64,000 bases of DNA from Nitrosopumilaceae archaeon (GCA_965203465.1 CBDBCR010000001.1:224001-288000); one strand, 5' to 3'. Positions 37,800 through 47,844 are shown, numbered from the stretch's first letter. The notes: a model not told the origin generated them from the sequence alone. Made by a program: numbers and translations.

Positions 37800-39626
37800 A
37801 TGAAGCTCCACTGGTCGTTCCCGCCCACCAGCGGAGGCGTATCCCAGGGCTTCCATGACAGCGGGCAGGCGATATTTGGCGCGGACGCGTGGGACAAGAC
37901 AGTGCGCGAGATCATACAAAACTCGCTGGACGCCGTCCGCGACTCGGGCAAGCCTGTCACAGTCCGCATATCTCGCATGCAGGTGCCAAGCTCCGAGATC
38001 GGCGCGGCAGATCTTGCAAGGCACATCGAGAGCGCGCTGAAGCGCACGCGCAGGGACGGGTACGAAAGGGGAGTCAAGTTCTTCCAGCGCGCCCTCAAGA
38101 TCCTGAAAAAGCGCCAGATTCCCACGTTGGCCATAGTCGATTCCAACACGTCGGGTCTGGTCGGCCAGAAATGGAACGCGCTTGTGCACGAAGAGGGCAC
38201 GTCCAGCAAGGGCACGATGAAGGCTGCAGGCGGAAGCTTTGGCATAGGCAAGAACGCCCCGTACCTGATCTCGGGAGTCAAGACCATCTGCTATTCGACC
38301 CGCTACTTGGACAGGGGCAGGCAGGAGTGGTTCATAGCGCGCTCCAAGATATCGGCGCACCAGGATCCCAAACAAGCGGACAGGGAACTACAGCACATAG
38401 GGTTCGGCACCAAACCCAAAGTCGCCAAAGGAGAGCGCGCCCCGCCAACCCGGGGGAAGGAGATCTACCGGGGATTCCGACTTGCCGAGCCCGGCACGGG
38501 CATCTTCATCGTCGGCTCTGACATACCCGAATCGTGGATCAGCAAGTCGGAGCAGTCGCTGGCGCGCAACTTTTTTGCGGCAATACACGAGAAGAAACTA
38601 GAGATCGTCATAGACCAGAGGCGCCTCGACTACGAAACGCTCGATTCGGTGTTCGAATCTGACAAAAAGCACAGGACGTACCACTACTACCGCCTTATGC
38701 GCGGATCAAAGCCCGCTTACGTAGAGGGCGAGTTCGGAAAGTTCGAGGTCTATCTGTCCACGGACGAGGAAGACGCGCCAAACCGCATGGCGTACGTCAA
38801 CCGGAGGGGGATGATGATCACAGACGTCCGGCAGTTTGGGAAAAACCCGTTCCACACGTCGGTGGGACAGGGCTGGGCCCAATACGCGGTGGTGGTAAGG
38901 GCCGCGGACGACAAAACCGACGAGCGCGTGCGGGCCATGGAGCCGCCCAGCCACGACTCGATAGAATATGAGCGGATCAACGACCGCGACCACGCCAAAG
39001 TCCGCGGCCAACTCAAGGAGATACAGAAAAAGATCGAGCAACTGACGCTCGACGCTCTCAACCAAAGCGGCAAATCCGGCGAGACCGTCTTGTCAGAGAT
39101 CGAAGCGCTCGGGGAAGAGGGCCCAGACGGCTCTGGAAACGGCAAAAGCGACCAGAATCTGACAATCCGCACGATACGCACAAGGCACAAAAAAACCATG
39201 GACAAGCCCGGCGATCCGGGCCCAGAGATCATAGTGGACAAACCTGGCCACGACGGCAAGAAAAGAGTTCCAAAGCCTCCCCAAGAACCCTCTCCAGAGA
39301 CGGTCATCAAGGGAATCTCGTCACTTGACAGGCAACGCGTAATGCGCCACCGCAACAAGATCAGAGTCGCCTTTACCCCGCGGGCGGACAGCGTGCATTT
39401 TGCGCTAAAGCCGGCAGGCGAGGAGCCAAAACGCCAACGCTCAATCAGCATAAAGCAGGCAAAGATTGTCCTGCCTGCCGATATACGGGCAGACGTTCGA
39501 GACGATGTGGTGTCTATACGTGCAGGCGACTGCCCGAGGGTTGTAGTGGATCTAGAGGTGGACGACGATGCGGCCTATACAGGCTACGAAATCCTAGAGT
39601 ACGTCGTTCCGGGTGGCGCGCGATGA
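37800..39626 (+). CDS. GHKL (HATPase/MORC-like) ATPase domain protein
   Basis: REIIQNSLDA (N box), IVDSNTSGL (G1), GTSSK...GGSFGIGK (G2), PGTGIFI. Confidence 0.8.
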   Translation: MKLHWSFPPTSGGVSQGFHDSGQAIFGADAWDKTVREIIQNSLDAVRDSGKPVTVRISRMQVPSSEIGAADLARHIESALKRTRRDGYERGVKFFQRALKILKKRQIPTLAIVDSNTSGLVGQKWNALVHEEGTSSKGTMKAAGGSFGIGKNAPYLISGVKTICYSTRYLDRGRQEWFIARSKISAHQDPKQADRELQHIGFGTKPKVAKGERAPPTRGKEIYRGFRLAEPGTGIFIVGSDIPESWISKSEQSLARNFFAAIHEKKLEIVIDQRRLDYETLDSVFESDKKHRTYHYYRLMRGSKPAYVEGEFGKFEVYLSTDEEDAPNRMAYVNRRGMMITDVRQFGKNPFHTSVGQGWAQYAVVVRAADDKTDERVRAMEPPSHDSIEYERINDRDHAKVRGQLKEIQKKIEQLTLDALNQSGKSGETVLSEIEALGEEGPDGSGNGKSDQNLTIRTIRTRHKKTMDKPGDPGPEIIVDKPGHDGKKRVPKPPQEPSPETVIKGISSLDRQRVMRHRNKIRVAFTPRADSVHFALKPAGEEPKRQRSISIKQAKIVLPADIRADVRDDVVSIRAGDCPRVVVDLEVDDDAAYTGYEILEYVVPGGAR

Positions 39627-40468
39627 GCCACGAGACCCTGCTGCTGCCACACCCCGTGCTCAGGCCGGACGGCTTTGACTACAAGGACGCGAGTTTTGAA
39701 ATGGAGGTCAAGGCCAGACGGGCCGACGGCCAGCTGCTCGCGGACGTTTCGTTCGCGTTGTCCAGCTCCACCCTGAACGAGATGGTCGAATCGGGCCGGG
39801 CGCGGTTCTTTGTGCTCGCAAAATGCGCTAGGACGTACCACCGCTGCGCGTGCAGCTCCGGCCGCACCGCGCTCCGGCTCGCAATACCGTCGGGAGACGT
39901 CACGGACTCGGTCAAACTCACCCCGTACGTGGTCGCCTCCCGGGAGATCCAGTGGTTTGCATCCGACGAGCACGACGACGAGATCAGAGACATGGGTGTA
40001 TCTGGAACCGTGCCGCCCGGCGCGATACTGGCGGTGGGGGAGTCGCGCGCGATCGAGCTCGATTCCCTCAATTCCGTCCAGACTTACATCAAGCTGAGCT
40101 CGCAAGAGAAGATGAGCAAAGGCCTGTATTCGCTGGGAGCTCAGGGGGACTCTATCGTGATTACGATGAATCCCGAGACATACGCGGCCGTCACCCTGAT
40201 ACGCGGCCATGCAAGGGTCCTGCTGTATTCTTCGATATACACGGCAGCCCTCGAATACGCCATCCACAAAATGGACGACTGCAGCGAAAGCAAGTGGGCC
40301 AAGGCGCTCAGAAAAGCGTTGGAGGAAAACGGCATAGACGCCGAAACCGCGCGCGACAAGGCCAACCTGCACGCGCAGACCTTGCTGAAACTACCGCTGG
40401 CGATGCTCATCGATTGGCACAGCGCGCGGGGCGGGGTTTCGCCGCCGGGAGAGGAAGATGCCGAATAG
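39623..40468 (+). CDS. Conserved hypothetical protein of the GHKL cluster
   Basis: LPHPVL..DY N-terminus, PGAILAVG; ATGA-coupled to the upstream gene. Confidence 0.75.
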   Translation: MSHETLLLPHPVLRPDGFDYKDASFEMEVKARRADGQLLADVSFALSSSTLNEMVESGRARFFVLAKCARTYHRCACSSGRTALRLAIPSGDVTDSVKLTPYVVASREIQWFASDEHDDEIRDMGVSGTVPPGAILAVGESRAIELDSLNSVQTYIKLSSQEKMSKGLYSLGAQGDSIVITMNPETYAAVTLIRGHARVLLYSSIYTAALEYAIHKMDDCSESKWAKALRKALEENGIDAETARDKANLHAQTLLKLPLAMLIDWHSARGGVSPPGEEDAE

Positions 40469-42080
40469 CCTGTACAAGCTTTCGGACGAGGCGTTCATCT
40501 GGCTGTACGATAACGTCGACAGCAACCTCGATGCGTACAGAGATCCCGACGCGGACTTTGGCCTCTTGCTGAGCAAGTTTGGCAATTATCTAGAGCCGGT
40601 CAATGCGCGCTTTGAGCGGCCACCCGAACTCCGGGATCCGGCCGAGTACGACGCAAGCGCCAGAAAAAGCCACCTTTCGGACGTACAGGCGCTGGATTTC
40701 TACCGCTCCATCAAGGGGATGACGCCCGAGCTTGCAGCAGATCCGCGAGTTCTTGCGTACATGAACCATTTCCACCTGCACCGCTACGGCATAAGCCGGT
40801 GGCCCGTAGGCGGCAAGGATCCGGCCCACCACGCGCGCCTCCACTGGCTCACGCAGGGCACTGAAATCAGCCAGATATGGAACGGGAGCATCAGCGGACG
40901 CATGTGGTGGATAGCGCACACGGCCACCATGGCGGCGAAGGCGTCGGGCGGAGCATTCGAGGCCGAAGAAGCGATGCAGATCTTTTCGCGCTCGCCCGAA
41001 TACTACCACCGGACGATGGAATACGCCGTGCTCCGGAACCCGCTTCTCATGGCAGAGTGTGTGCGGGCATTGATGCGCGAGGCGCGCGGCATTAACCGCG
41101 ACGGGTACCGGGAGATTGGCATGGAACTGAACCGGGAGGCGGGCGCGCGGTTGCTGGATTCGCTCGATCGCGCCAGTTTGCGAGATCTGGTCAAGAGATC
41201 CGCGGGCCGGATAATGAAGGAGCCCAAGTTCGTGACCAGCAGGCACGATCTTGCCGGCGTCAGGAAATACCGGGTCCTCAGCTTGGGGGCGGGCGCGCAG
41301 TCGACGGTGCTGGCCCTGATGGCCGAAGAGGGGTGGGAGGGGCTGGAAAAGCCCGATTTGGCAGTCTTTGCGGACACGCAGTGGGAGCCGCCGGCAGTCT
41401 ACGAGCACCTAAAGTGGCTGGAAGGCAAGCTCTCGTACCCGGTAGCGCGTGTCACGGCGGGCAACATCCGGGAAAACATCATGCGCGGCGTCAACTCGGA
41501 CGGCGACAAGTTTCTTGACGTGCCCGTGTTCCTGCGCAACCGGGACGGCACGCCTTCGGTGGCGGCAAGGCAGTGCACCAACCACTACAAGATAACGCCC
41601 ATACGCAAGGAGATCCGGCGGCGGCTGCAGATCCCGGACGGGCAGAGGGCCCCCAAGGACATACAGGTGGAGATGTGGCTGGGAATAAGCGCCGACGAAT
41701 CGGAAAGGATGAAGCCAAGCAGGGACGAGTGGATAGACAGGCGCTTTCCGCTGGTCGAAATGGATCTTACGCGGGCCGACATCTACAACTGGTTCGCTGA
41801 CCGGTATCCGGGACAGCGCCTGCCGCGCAGCGCCTGCGTGGGGTGCCCGTACCACGACGACATGGAATGGAAGTGGCTAAAGGAGAACGAGCCCGATTCC
41901 TTCCGGGAGGCGGTGCTCGTGGACAGGGCAGTGCGCACCATCCCGGAGGCGCGCGGGTCGCTGAACGGAGAAGCGTACCTGCACAGGTCGAGGAAGCCTC
42001 TGGACGAAGTGGACTTTGACGGCACGCGCGACTATGACGAGTATATGGCCAGCGAATGCGAGGGGTTGTGCGGTGTCTGA
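40458..42080 (+). CDS. DUF6339-like domain fused to a PAPS-reductase-like / PP-loop Fe-S domain
   Basis: N half: LAADPRVLAYMNH...RW...ISGRMWW; C half from ~41265: SLGAGAQS, VFADTQWE, RQCT..YKI.PI, WLGISADE..RM, FPL, SACVGCPY, ECEGLCG. Confidence 0.75.
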   Translation: MPNSLYKLSDEAFIWLYDNVDSNLDAYRDPDADFGLLLSKFGNYLEPVNARFERPPELRDPAEYDASARKSHLSDVQALDFYRSIKGMTPELAADPRVLAYMNHFHLHRYGISRWPVGGKDPAHHARLHWLTQGTEISQIWNGSISGRMWWIAHTATMAAKASGGAFEAEEAMQIFSRSPEYYHRTMEYAVLRNPLLMAECVRALMREARGINRDGYREIGMELNREAGARLLDSLDRASLRDLVKRSAGRIMKEPKFVTSRHDLAGVRKYRVLSLGAGAQSTVLALMAEEGWEGLEKPDLAVFADTQWEPPAVYEHLKWLEGKLSYPVARVTAGNIRENIMRGVNSDGDKFLDVPVFLRNRDGTPSVAARQCTNHYKITPIRKEIRRRLQIPDGQRAPKDIQVEMWLGISADESERMKPSRDEWIDRRFPLVEMDLTRADIYNWFADRYPGQRLPRSACVGCPYHDDMEWKWLKENEPDSFREAVLVDRAVRTIPEARGSLNGEAYLHRSRKPLDEVDFDGTRDYDEYMASECEGLCGV

Positions 42081-42402
42081 AATCGCAGATCTTCGTTCTC
42101 CGCGTGCGCCGTTTGGCAGCGGTTCTCATGAACGCATTTCAGCCAGTCCTGGCCTGTACGCATTCTGGCTACGCGGTACCTGCCTGTATGTGGGGATGAG
42201 CGAGGATCTAAAGCGGCGGATATACCAGCACGAGAACTTCGAAGACAATCCAGAGCTGGACAGGCATTTCCAGGCCTACCCGCACGAGATCGAAATATCG
42301 GTAGCCTACAAAGACGCCGACTCGGTTGTCTTGCGCGGACTTGAACAAGAGGCTATCATAGAACTGAATCCGTTGGCTAACGTACAGAGGGACAAACCAT
42401 GA
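42073..42402 (+). CDS. GIY-YIG nuclease family protein
   Basis: PGLYAF....LYVGMS.DLKRRI.QH...LEQEAI..LNPLAN; GTG overlaps the upstream stop. Confidence 0.82.
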   Translation: MSEIADLRSPRAPFGSGSHERISASPGLYAFWLRGTCLYVGMSEDLKRRIYQHENFEDNPELDRHFQAYPHEIEISVAYKDADSVVLRGLEQEAIIELNPLANVQRDKP

Positions 42403-43634
42403 GCTTGTACCCGGCGCTTAAAGGCAAGTTTGGCAGCACTGAGTATTTTCTGATCTCCATGCCGGTAGGAGATCTGGTCCAACGGGTTAGGTTTCCGTCT
42501 GACATGCCAGAATGGGACGAAAAATCACTAGAGGATAGGTACCAACGCAAACTACAGTCAAAGCGCATAGAGAAAGTACTCGTACCCTATTTCGCATCCG
42601 ACAATAACCGGTTCTCCGGTTCGCTGGTGATGGCGGTAATGGCCAATCAAGTGCGCTTTGAACCGCTCTCTACAATAACACGTGGACCTGCGACCTTTCC
42701 CATCCCGTACCAAGATCCAAGCAACGGGATGGGTTTTGTGACGTTGGTCTCCGAATCACTGGTACCGCTGGACGGCCAGCACCGAGCTATGGCGTTCAAG
42801 AAGGCAATTGAAGAGGCTCAGGGAGAAGCAGCGCACTCCGGCGGACTCGCGCAGGACATGATCTCTGTCATACTTGTGCAGTTTGACGAGAAAAAATCTC
42901 GATATATTTTCAACAAGATAAACCGCTATGCCAAACCCACATCCAAAGCAGACAAATTGATCACCGACGACGACGACGCGGTGGCCGTGATCACGCGGAG
43001 TCTGATTTCTGAAAACGTGTTTCCGGCAAAAATCGTCCGCCACATACCCAACACGCTAGGAAAGAAGGCGACCGAGTTTACCACACTGGCTACGCTGTAC
43101 GAAGCAAACAAAAGGCTGATTCCTGCACTACCCATCAAGAGCACCTGCAAGCCGGAAAGGCTGGGCGAAAAAGAACGGGAGGCCAGACTCGCAGATCTGA
43201 AGAAAGAATGGGGCAGGTTGCTTTCAGGAATTGGCCTGTGGAAAAAAGCCACCGCAGATCCCGAGGATTCAGGAGCTCGCACACGTATCAAGCTGCGCGA
43301 GCAGTATGTATTGGGCAGACCTATAGGACAGCTGGCGCTGATCAACGGTTACGTGCGGGCATGCGAGAATGATCGGGGCGTGGATCGCGACAGGTTGGTG
43401 GCAACACTGGATCGGGTTGACTGGAAACACGGCGCAAAGCACTGGCGCGGACTGCTGGTCACGCACAACGGCAAGATGATGTCGGGCAAGCCTGCCTCCC
43501 GCAATGCTGGGTTGTTCATAGCTTACCTGATCGGCACAAAACTAACCCCACAAGAGAAAGAGAACGTGCGGACTTTCATGTACGGGCATGCATCGGGACG
43601 CAATCTTCCGTCTCCGTTGCCAAAGATTGACTGA
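42399..43634 (+). CDS. DGQHR / DndB-family (ParB-like) protein
   Basis: YPALKGKFG, YQRKL..KRI, PLDGQHR, FNKINRYAKP; ATGA-coupled. Confidence 0.88.
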   Translation: MSLYPALKGKFGSTEYFLISMPVGDLVQRVRFPSDMPEWDEKSLEDRYQRKLQSKRIEKVLVPYFASDNNRFSGSLVMAVMANQVRFEPLSTITRGPATFPIPYQDPSNGMGFVTLVSESLVPLDGQHRAMAFKKAIEEAQGEAAHSGGLAQDMISVILVQFDEKKSRYIFNKINRYAKPTSKADKLITDDDDAVAVITRSLISENVFPAKIVRHIPNTLGKKATEFTTLATLYEANKRLIPALPIKSTCKPERLGEKEREARLADLKKEWGRLLSGIGLWKKATADPEDSGARTRIKLREQYVLGRPIGQLALINGYVRACENDRGVDRDRLVATLDRVDWKHGAKHWRGLLVTHNGKMMSGKPASRNAGLFIAYLIGTKLTPQEKENVRTFMYGHASGRNLPSPLPKID

Positions 43635-43712
43635 ACCGCACTCAACTTGTCGCATGCAAGACGTAGCAATGCAGACTGGACACGACGCTTTCCAACTCTT
43701 GGTAGGCAAACA

Positions 43713-44612
43713 TCACGCCTGCCTGAGGTGCAGCGTGGGCGACGAGCGCGCGCGCCGTATGGCGTCCCTGACCCACTCCTGCGGGAAGACTATCCGCTTG
43801 GGCACGAAGATGTCCGTCGATTCGACCGAGCCGGCCTTCCTCACCAGGCCGGCGGCCTCGTCCATGCCGAACACGCTGTCGCTGTACATGAACAGCACCA
43901 CCTGGTCGCGCGTGCAGATGGGCGCGCGCATGTACGAATCCGAAAAGCGCCCGTCCAGCTCGCGCTTGGCGCGCTCGGCGCTGCCGCGCACCCAGGCCAG
44001 CACCACGTAGGGGACGTACCGGCCCAGCCGAGCCGGCTCGTACAGGGCCGTAAACTGCACGGCCTCGTCGGCCTGGAGCTTGTCGAGCGACCTGGCGACG
44101 GTGCGCGCCGAAAGGCCCGTCTGCCGCGCCACCGAATCTATCCTGCGGCGCGGATCGTCCAGCAAGGCGTCGATGACCTCGAGGTCGGTGCGCGTCAGCC
44201 CCGCCCCGGACGTCGGCCCGCCGGCCTCCAGGGTGGTAAGTACCCGCACGTCGTCGCCGAGCGCCTCGGACGCGAGGTGCGTCTTGGACACCGCGGCCCC
44301 CTCCACCACTATGCCGCGCACCGTCACGCCGCCCACGCACGGCACGGTATAGAACGGCTCGCCTATCAGGCGCAGGCGCCTCAGCTTGGCCTCGGCCAGG
44401 TCCCCCGAGACCACCACGTAAAACACGCCGTACCCGAGCGCCGGCGGCTCGACGCCGACCGCGTACCCCGCCACGGCGCCGGCCTTTTCCATCTTTGCTA
44501 TGCGGGCCCGCACGGCCGGCCCCGATATCCCGACCGCTTTTCCCATCTGCCTGTCCGATTCGCGGCAGTTGCGCACGAGGCGGGCCAGTATCTCCATGTC
44601 AGTTTTGTCCAA
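43713..44612 (-). CDS. Lrp/AsnC family regulator with duplicated HTH
   Basis: MDKTDMEIL..L..NCRES...VGISGPAV..RI and a second LTRTDLEVI..L..DPR...GLSARTV. Confidence 0.88.
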   Translation of the reverse strand: MDKTDMEILARLVRNCRESDRQMGKAVGISGPAVRARIAKMEKAGAVAGYAVGVEPPALGYGVFYVVVSGDLAEAKLRRLRLIGEPFYTVPCVGGVTVRGIVVEGAAVSKTHLASEALGDDVRVLTTLEAGGPTSGAGLTRTDLEVIDALLDDPRRRIDSVARQTGLSARTVARSLDKLQADEAVQFTALYEPARLGRYVPYVVLAWVRGSAERAKRELDGRFSDSYMRAPICTRDQVVLFMYSDSVFGMDEAAGLVRKAGSVESTDIFVPKRIVFPQEWVRDAIRRARSSPTLHLRQA

Positions 44613-44727
44613 TTTGCAAGGTGCGGGCGCTGTTTACTATTAATTACTTACTGAATCCTGCCGGAAATGTCAGGTTTGCCACTAGATCCGGAATATACAT
44701 TATATAGTGGACTATTTTCCCCGACCC

Positions 44728-45915
44728 GTGGACTACCGCCTGAGGCTGGCCGTCAGGATGCTCTCCAACAAAAAGGGCAGCATGGCAGCCGCCGTGCTGG
44801 CAGTCTCGGTGGGGATACTGGTGATGCACGTCAACTTTGTCATATTCCAGGGGCTGTTCGACGCGTTCGTGCGCGACATGAGCGACTACCGGTTCGGCGA
44901 CATTTACGTGACCGACGAGGAAAACTACATCACCAAGGCCGACACGGTGCTGGTCGGCTGGTTCGAGCGCATGCCGTACGTCGAGGCGGCAACGCCGCGC
45001 ATGTCCGCGTCGGCCTCGGTCAACGCGACCGCGTCGATCGGCCGCGTGCAGCAGTACGGGATACCCATAGTCGGGGTGGATCCGGTCACGGACCGGCGCG
45101 CCTCGGGGATACACGCGACGGTCTTCGAGGGCGAGTACGTGACGGGGCGCAACTCGCTCGTGCTGGGGGCCACCGTCGCGCGCGACCTGGGCCAGATCGG
45201 CGTGGGCGACAGCGTCCGCATAAAGGTCACCGACAGGTGGGGGCAGGATCAGATGAAGCGCTTCCCCGTCACGGGCATATCCGGGACGGCCGGCGGGCAG
45301 GGCCTCGACAGCAGCATGATAATGCACATCGACACCCTGCGCGACCTGATGAGCAGGCAGGGGCAGACCGATTCGATGCTGGTGCGCCTCTCCGAGCCGG
45401 AGCACTCGGCGCAGGTGCGCGACATATTCCTGGAGTCCTTTCCGGCCGACGACTTTGTCGCCGAGACCATCGAGGAATCGGCCGAGGAATCGCTGAGCGG
45501 CTTCCGCTCCGGCATAGCCATGATTAACATGATAGGGATGTTCGGCATGATGTCGTCGGCGTTCGCCATAGTGACGATACAGATGATGCTGGTGACCAGC
45601 AAGACGCGCGAGATCGGCATAATGAGGGCCATCGGCGCCCGGCGGCGCGACATACTCGTATTGTTCATACTGCAGGGGCTGGTGATAGGGGCCGTGGGGG
45701 CCGGCTGCGGGACGGCCCTGGGCCTAGGCTACACGTTCTACGCCAAAGAGACCAAGATGTCGTTCGACGGCAGCATAGAGCTGGAGGTGTCCTACGACTG
45801 GCAAAAGATAACGCAGACCGCGCTCACGGCGCTGAGCCTGGCCATCGTGGCGTCGGTGTATCCTGCCTACCGGGCCACAAAGCTGCAGCCGGTGGAGGCG
45901 ATGCGCGCTGTCTGA
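44728..45915 (+). CDS. ABC transporter permease (FtsX/LolE/MacB type)
   Basis: KTREIGIMRAIGA..RDIL..F, YPAYRATKLQPVEAMR; alternative start at 44707. Confidence 0.92.
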   Translation: MDYRLRLAVRMLSNKKGSMAAAVLAVSVGILVMHVNFVIFQGLFDAFVRDMSDYRFGDIYVTDEENYITKADTVLVGWFERMPYVEAATPRMSASASVNATASIGRVQQYGIPIVGVDPVTDRRASGIHATVFEGEYVTGRNSLVLGATVARDLGQIGVGDSVRIKVTDRWGQDQMKRFPVTGISGTAGGQGLDSSMIMHIDTLRDLMSRQGQTDSMLVRLSEPEHSAQVRDIFLESFPADDFVAETIEESAEESLSGFRSGIAMINMIGMFGMMSSAFAIVTIQMMLVTSKTREIGIMRAIGARRRDILVLFILQGLVIGAVGAGCGTALGLGYTFYAKETKMSFDGSIELEVSYDWQKITQTALTALSLAIVASVYPAYRATKLQPVEAMRAV

Positions 45916-45916
45916 G

Positions 45917-46585
45917 GTGCTCTCCGTCGAGAACCTGGGCAAGATCTACGGCAGCGGCTCGACCGAGGTGCGGGCCCTCTCGGGGGCGACCTTTTCGGTC
46001 GAGCGCGGCCAGGTGACCCTCGTGGTGGGCAGTTCGGGCTCGGGCAAGTCCACGCTGCTCAACATGATGGGCCTGCTGGACAGGCCGACCTCGGGCCGCG
46101 TGATGCTCGACGGGATCGACACGTCGGGCATGGGCGACGGGCGGCTCTCTTCGCTGCGCAACTCGAAACTGGGATTCGTATTCCAGTTCTCCAACCTCTT
46201 GCCGGACCTGACCGTCCTGGAAAACGTCATGCTGCCCGTCCAGATAGGCGGCGGCTCGGGCAGGGCCGAGGCCGAAAGGCTGCTCGAGACGGTCGGCCTC
46301 AAGGATCAGATGCACCAGCGCGCCAACAAGGTCTCGGGGGGGCAGGCGCAGAGGGCCGCCATCGCGCGCGGCCTGGTGAACAGGCCGGCCTTGGTGCTTG
46401 CAGACGAGCCGACCGGCAACCTGGATTCGGTGACGGCGGCCTCCGTGGTGGATCTCATAAAGTCGATGGCCTCGAGGCTGGGCCAGGCGTTCGTGATAGT
46501 CACGCACGACCGCGAGCAGTTCGGCGAGGTGGACCGGATAGTGACGGTGCGCGACGGCAGGGTGATGCAGGAGGTGGCCGCTTGA
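45917..46585 (+). CDS. ABC transporter ATP-binding protein (LolD-like)
   Basis: GSSGSGKST, GFVFQF, SGGQAQR, LADEPTGNLD. Confidence 0.95.
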   Translation: MLSVENLGKIYGSGSTEVRALSGATFSVERGQVTLVVGSSGSGKSTLLNMMGLLDRPTSGRVMLDGIDTSGMGDGRLSSLRNSKLGFVFQFSNLLPDLTVLENVMLPVQIGGGSGRAEAERLLETVGLKDQMHQRANKVSGGQAQRAAIARGLVNRPALVLADEPTGNLDSVTAASVVDLIKSMASRLGQAFVIVTHDREQFGEVDRIVTVRDGRVMQEVAA

Positions 46586-47844
46586 AGGCCGCCGCGCTGG
46601 TCCTGCTGCTGGCCGCGCTGCCCGCAGGCGCCGCGTGGGCGCAGCAGGCCCAGGGGTTCGGGAATTCGCCGTTCGAGCGCGAGTTCGGGGCGGTGCGGTT
46701 TCTGGACGCGTACTTTGGGCTGCCCGGCGACAAGGCCGAGGTGGGGCCGGGCGACCGCAACGTGCCGCTGACCGTCGTGATGGCCAACGTGGGCACGCAG
46801 GACATCACCGGAATCAGCGGCCAGCTCTCGCTGCCGACGCAGTTCTCGCCTTCTTCGGGGACGGGGCCGGCGTACGCCGACGCCGAGGCCAGCTCGCGCG
46901 CGGGCGAGAACTTTTCGCTCACGTTCTTCGTCGACGTCTCGGAGGCCGCCGAGCTCTCGTCGTACCCGGCCACCGCCAAGGTGGACTTTTCGCGCATCCG
47001 CGAGTCGGGCACGCGCAGCGCCTACCTTGACTTTGAGTTCAGCCTGCCCGGCGACACCATAATCAACATGAGGGCCCTCGATCCGTTCCTGACCTCGCTG
47101 CGCGAGAACCGCGTGACCGTCGAGATATCAAACGACGGCACGGCGCCCGTCTCCGACGTGGAGCTGGTCCTGCAGAACACGGCCATGGCCGATACGGACA
47201 CCAACGTGGAGAACGTGGTGATGCTCGGCAGCAACTGGGAGGTGGGCAACATCGGGCCCGGCCAGGCGCGCACCGTCGAGATGGGCGTGTACGTGCCCGA
47301 ATCTGTCCGGGGCGATTCCCTGCGCGCGCCCATCCGCATAACGTACTTTAACGCCAACGGCGACGAGCAGTCGGCCGACCGCGTCGTGGACTTTTTCGTC
47401 CAGGGGCTCATAGACCTGGACATATACGACGTGCGGGCAAGGCAGCTCGCCGACCGCATGCTCGTGGTAGGCGACGTGATAAACGAGGGCAACGCCGACG
47501 CGCTCTTTGCGTTCGTGACGCTCAGCCCGCGCGCCGGCTCCAACATCGTCGAGACGCGCCAGTTCGTAGACGAGATAGACACCGACTCGCCGGTGCCGTT
47601 CAACATACCAGTCGAGTTCGACGGCGAGCCGCGCTACGGCGATCACGACGTGACCGTCACGGTCCGCTACAAGGACACCCTGCGCGACGAGCAGTTCGTC
47701 TCCGAAGATCACACGGTGACGATACCTGCCCCGCCCGCCGAGGACGGCTCGGGGCCCGACGTCATGATGCTCGCCATGATGGGCGGCGCGGCCGCCGCGG
47801 TGGCCGGCGGCGCGGCGGCCTACAAGCGCCGCAAGTCCGGCTAG
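46582..47844 (+). CDS. COG1361 S-layer-domain membrane-anchored protein
   Basis: Signal peptide, repeated N.G Ig-like domains, C-terminal TM + KRRK; typical partner of archaeal FtsX/LolD pairs. Confidence 0.8.
   Translation: MKAAALVLLLAALPAGAAWAQQAQGFGNSPFEREFGAVRFLDAYFGLPGDKAEVGPGDRNVPLTVVMANVGTQDITGISGQLSLPTQFSPSSGTGPAYADAEASSRAGENFSLTFFVDVSEAAELSSYPATAKVDFSRIRESGTRSAYLDFEFSLPGDTIINMRALDPFLTSLRENRVTVEISNDGTAPVSDVELVLQNTAMADTDTNVENVVMLGSNWEVGNIGPGQARTVEMGVYVPESVRGDSLRAPIRITYFNANGDEQSADRVVDFFVQGLIDLDIYDVRARQLADRMLVVGDVINEGNADALFAFVTLSPRAGSNIVETRQFVDEIDTDSPVPFNIPVEFDGEPRYGDHDVTVTVRYKDTLRDEQFVSEDHTVTIPAPPAEDGSGPDVMMLAMMGGAAAAVAGGAAAYKRRKSG

Noticed and set aside
37800-43634. Canonical Dnd/Ssp phosphorothioation or Dpd cluster
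   Set aside because: Only DndB-like and PAPS-like parts are present; no DndD/E, SspB/C/E, DpdA or Dpd helicases are recognisable
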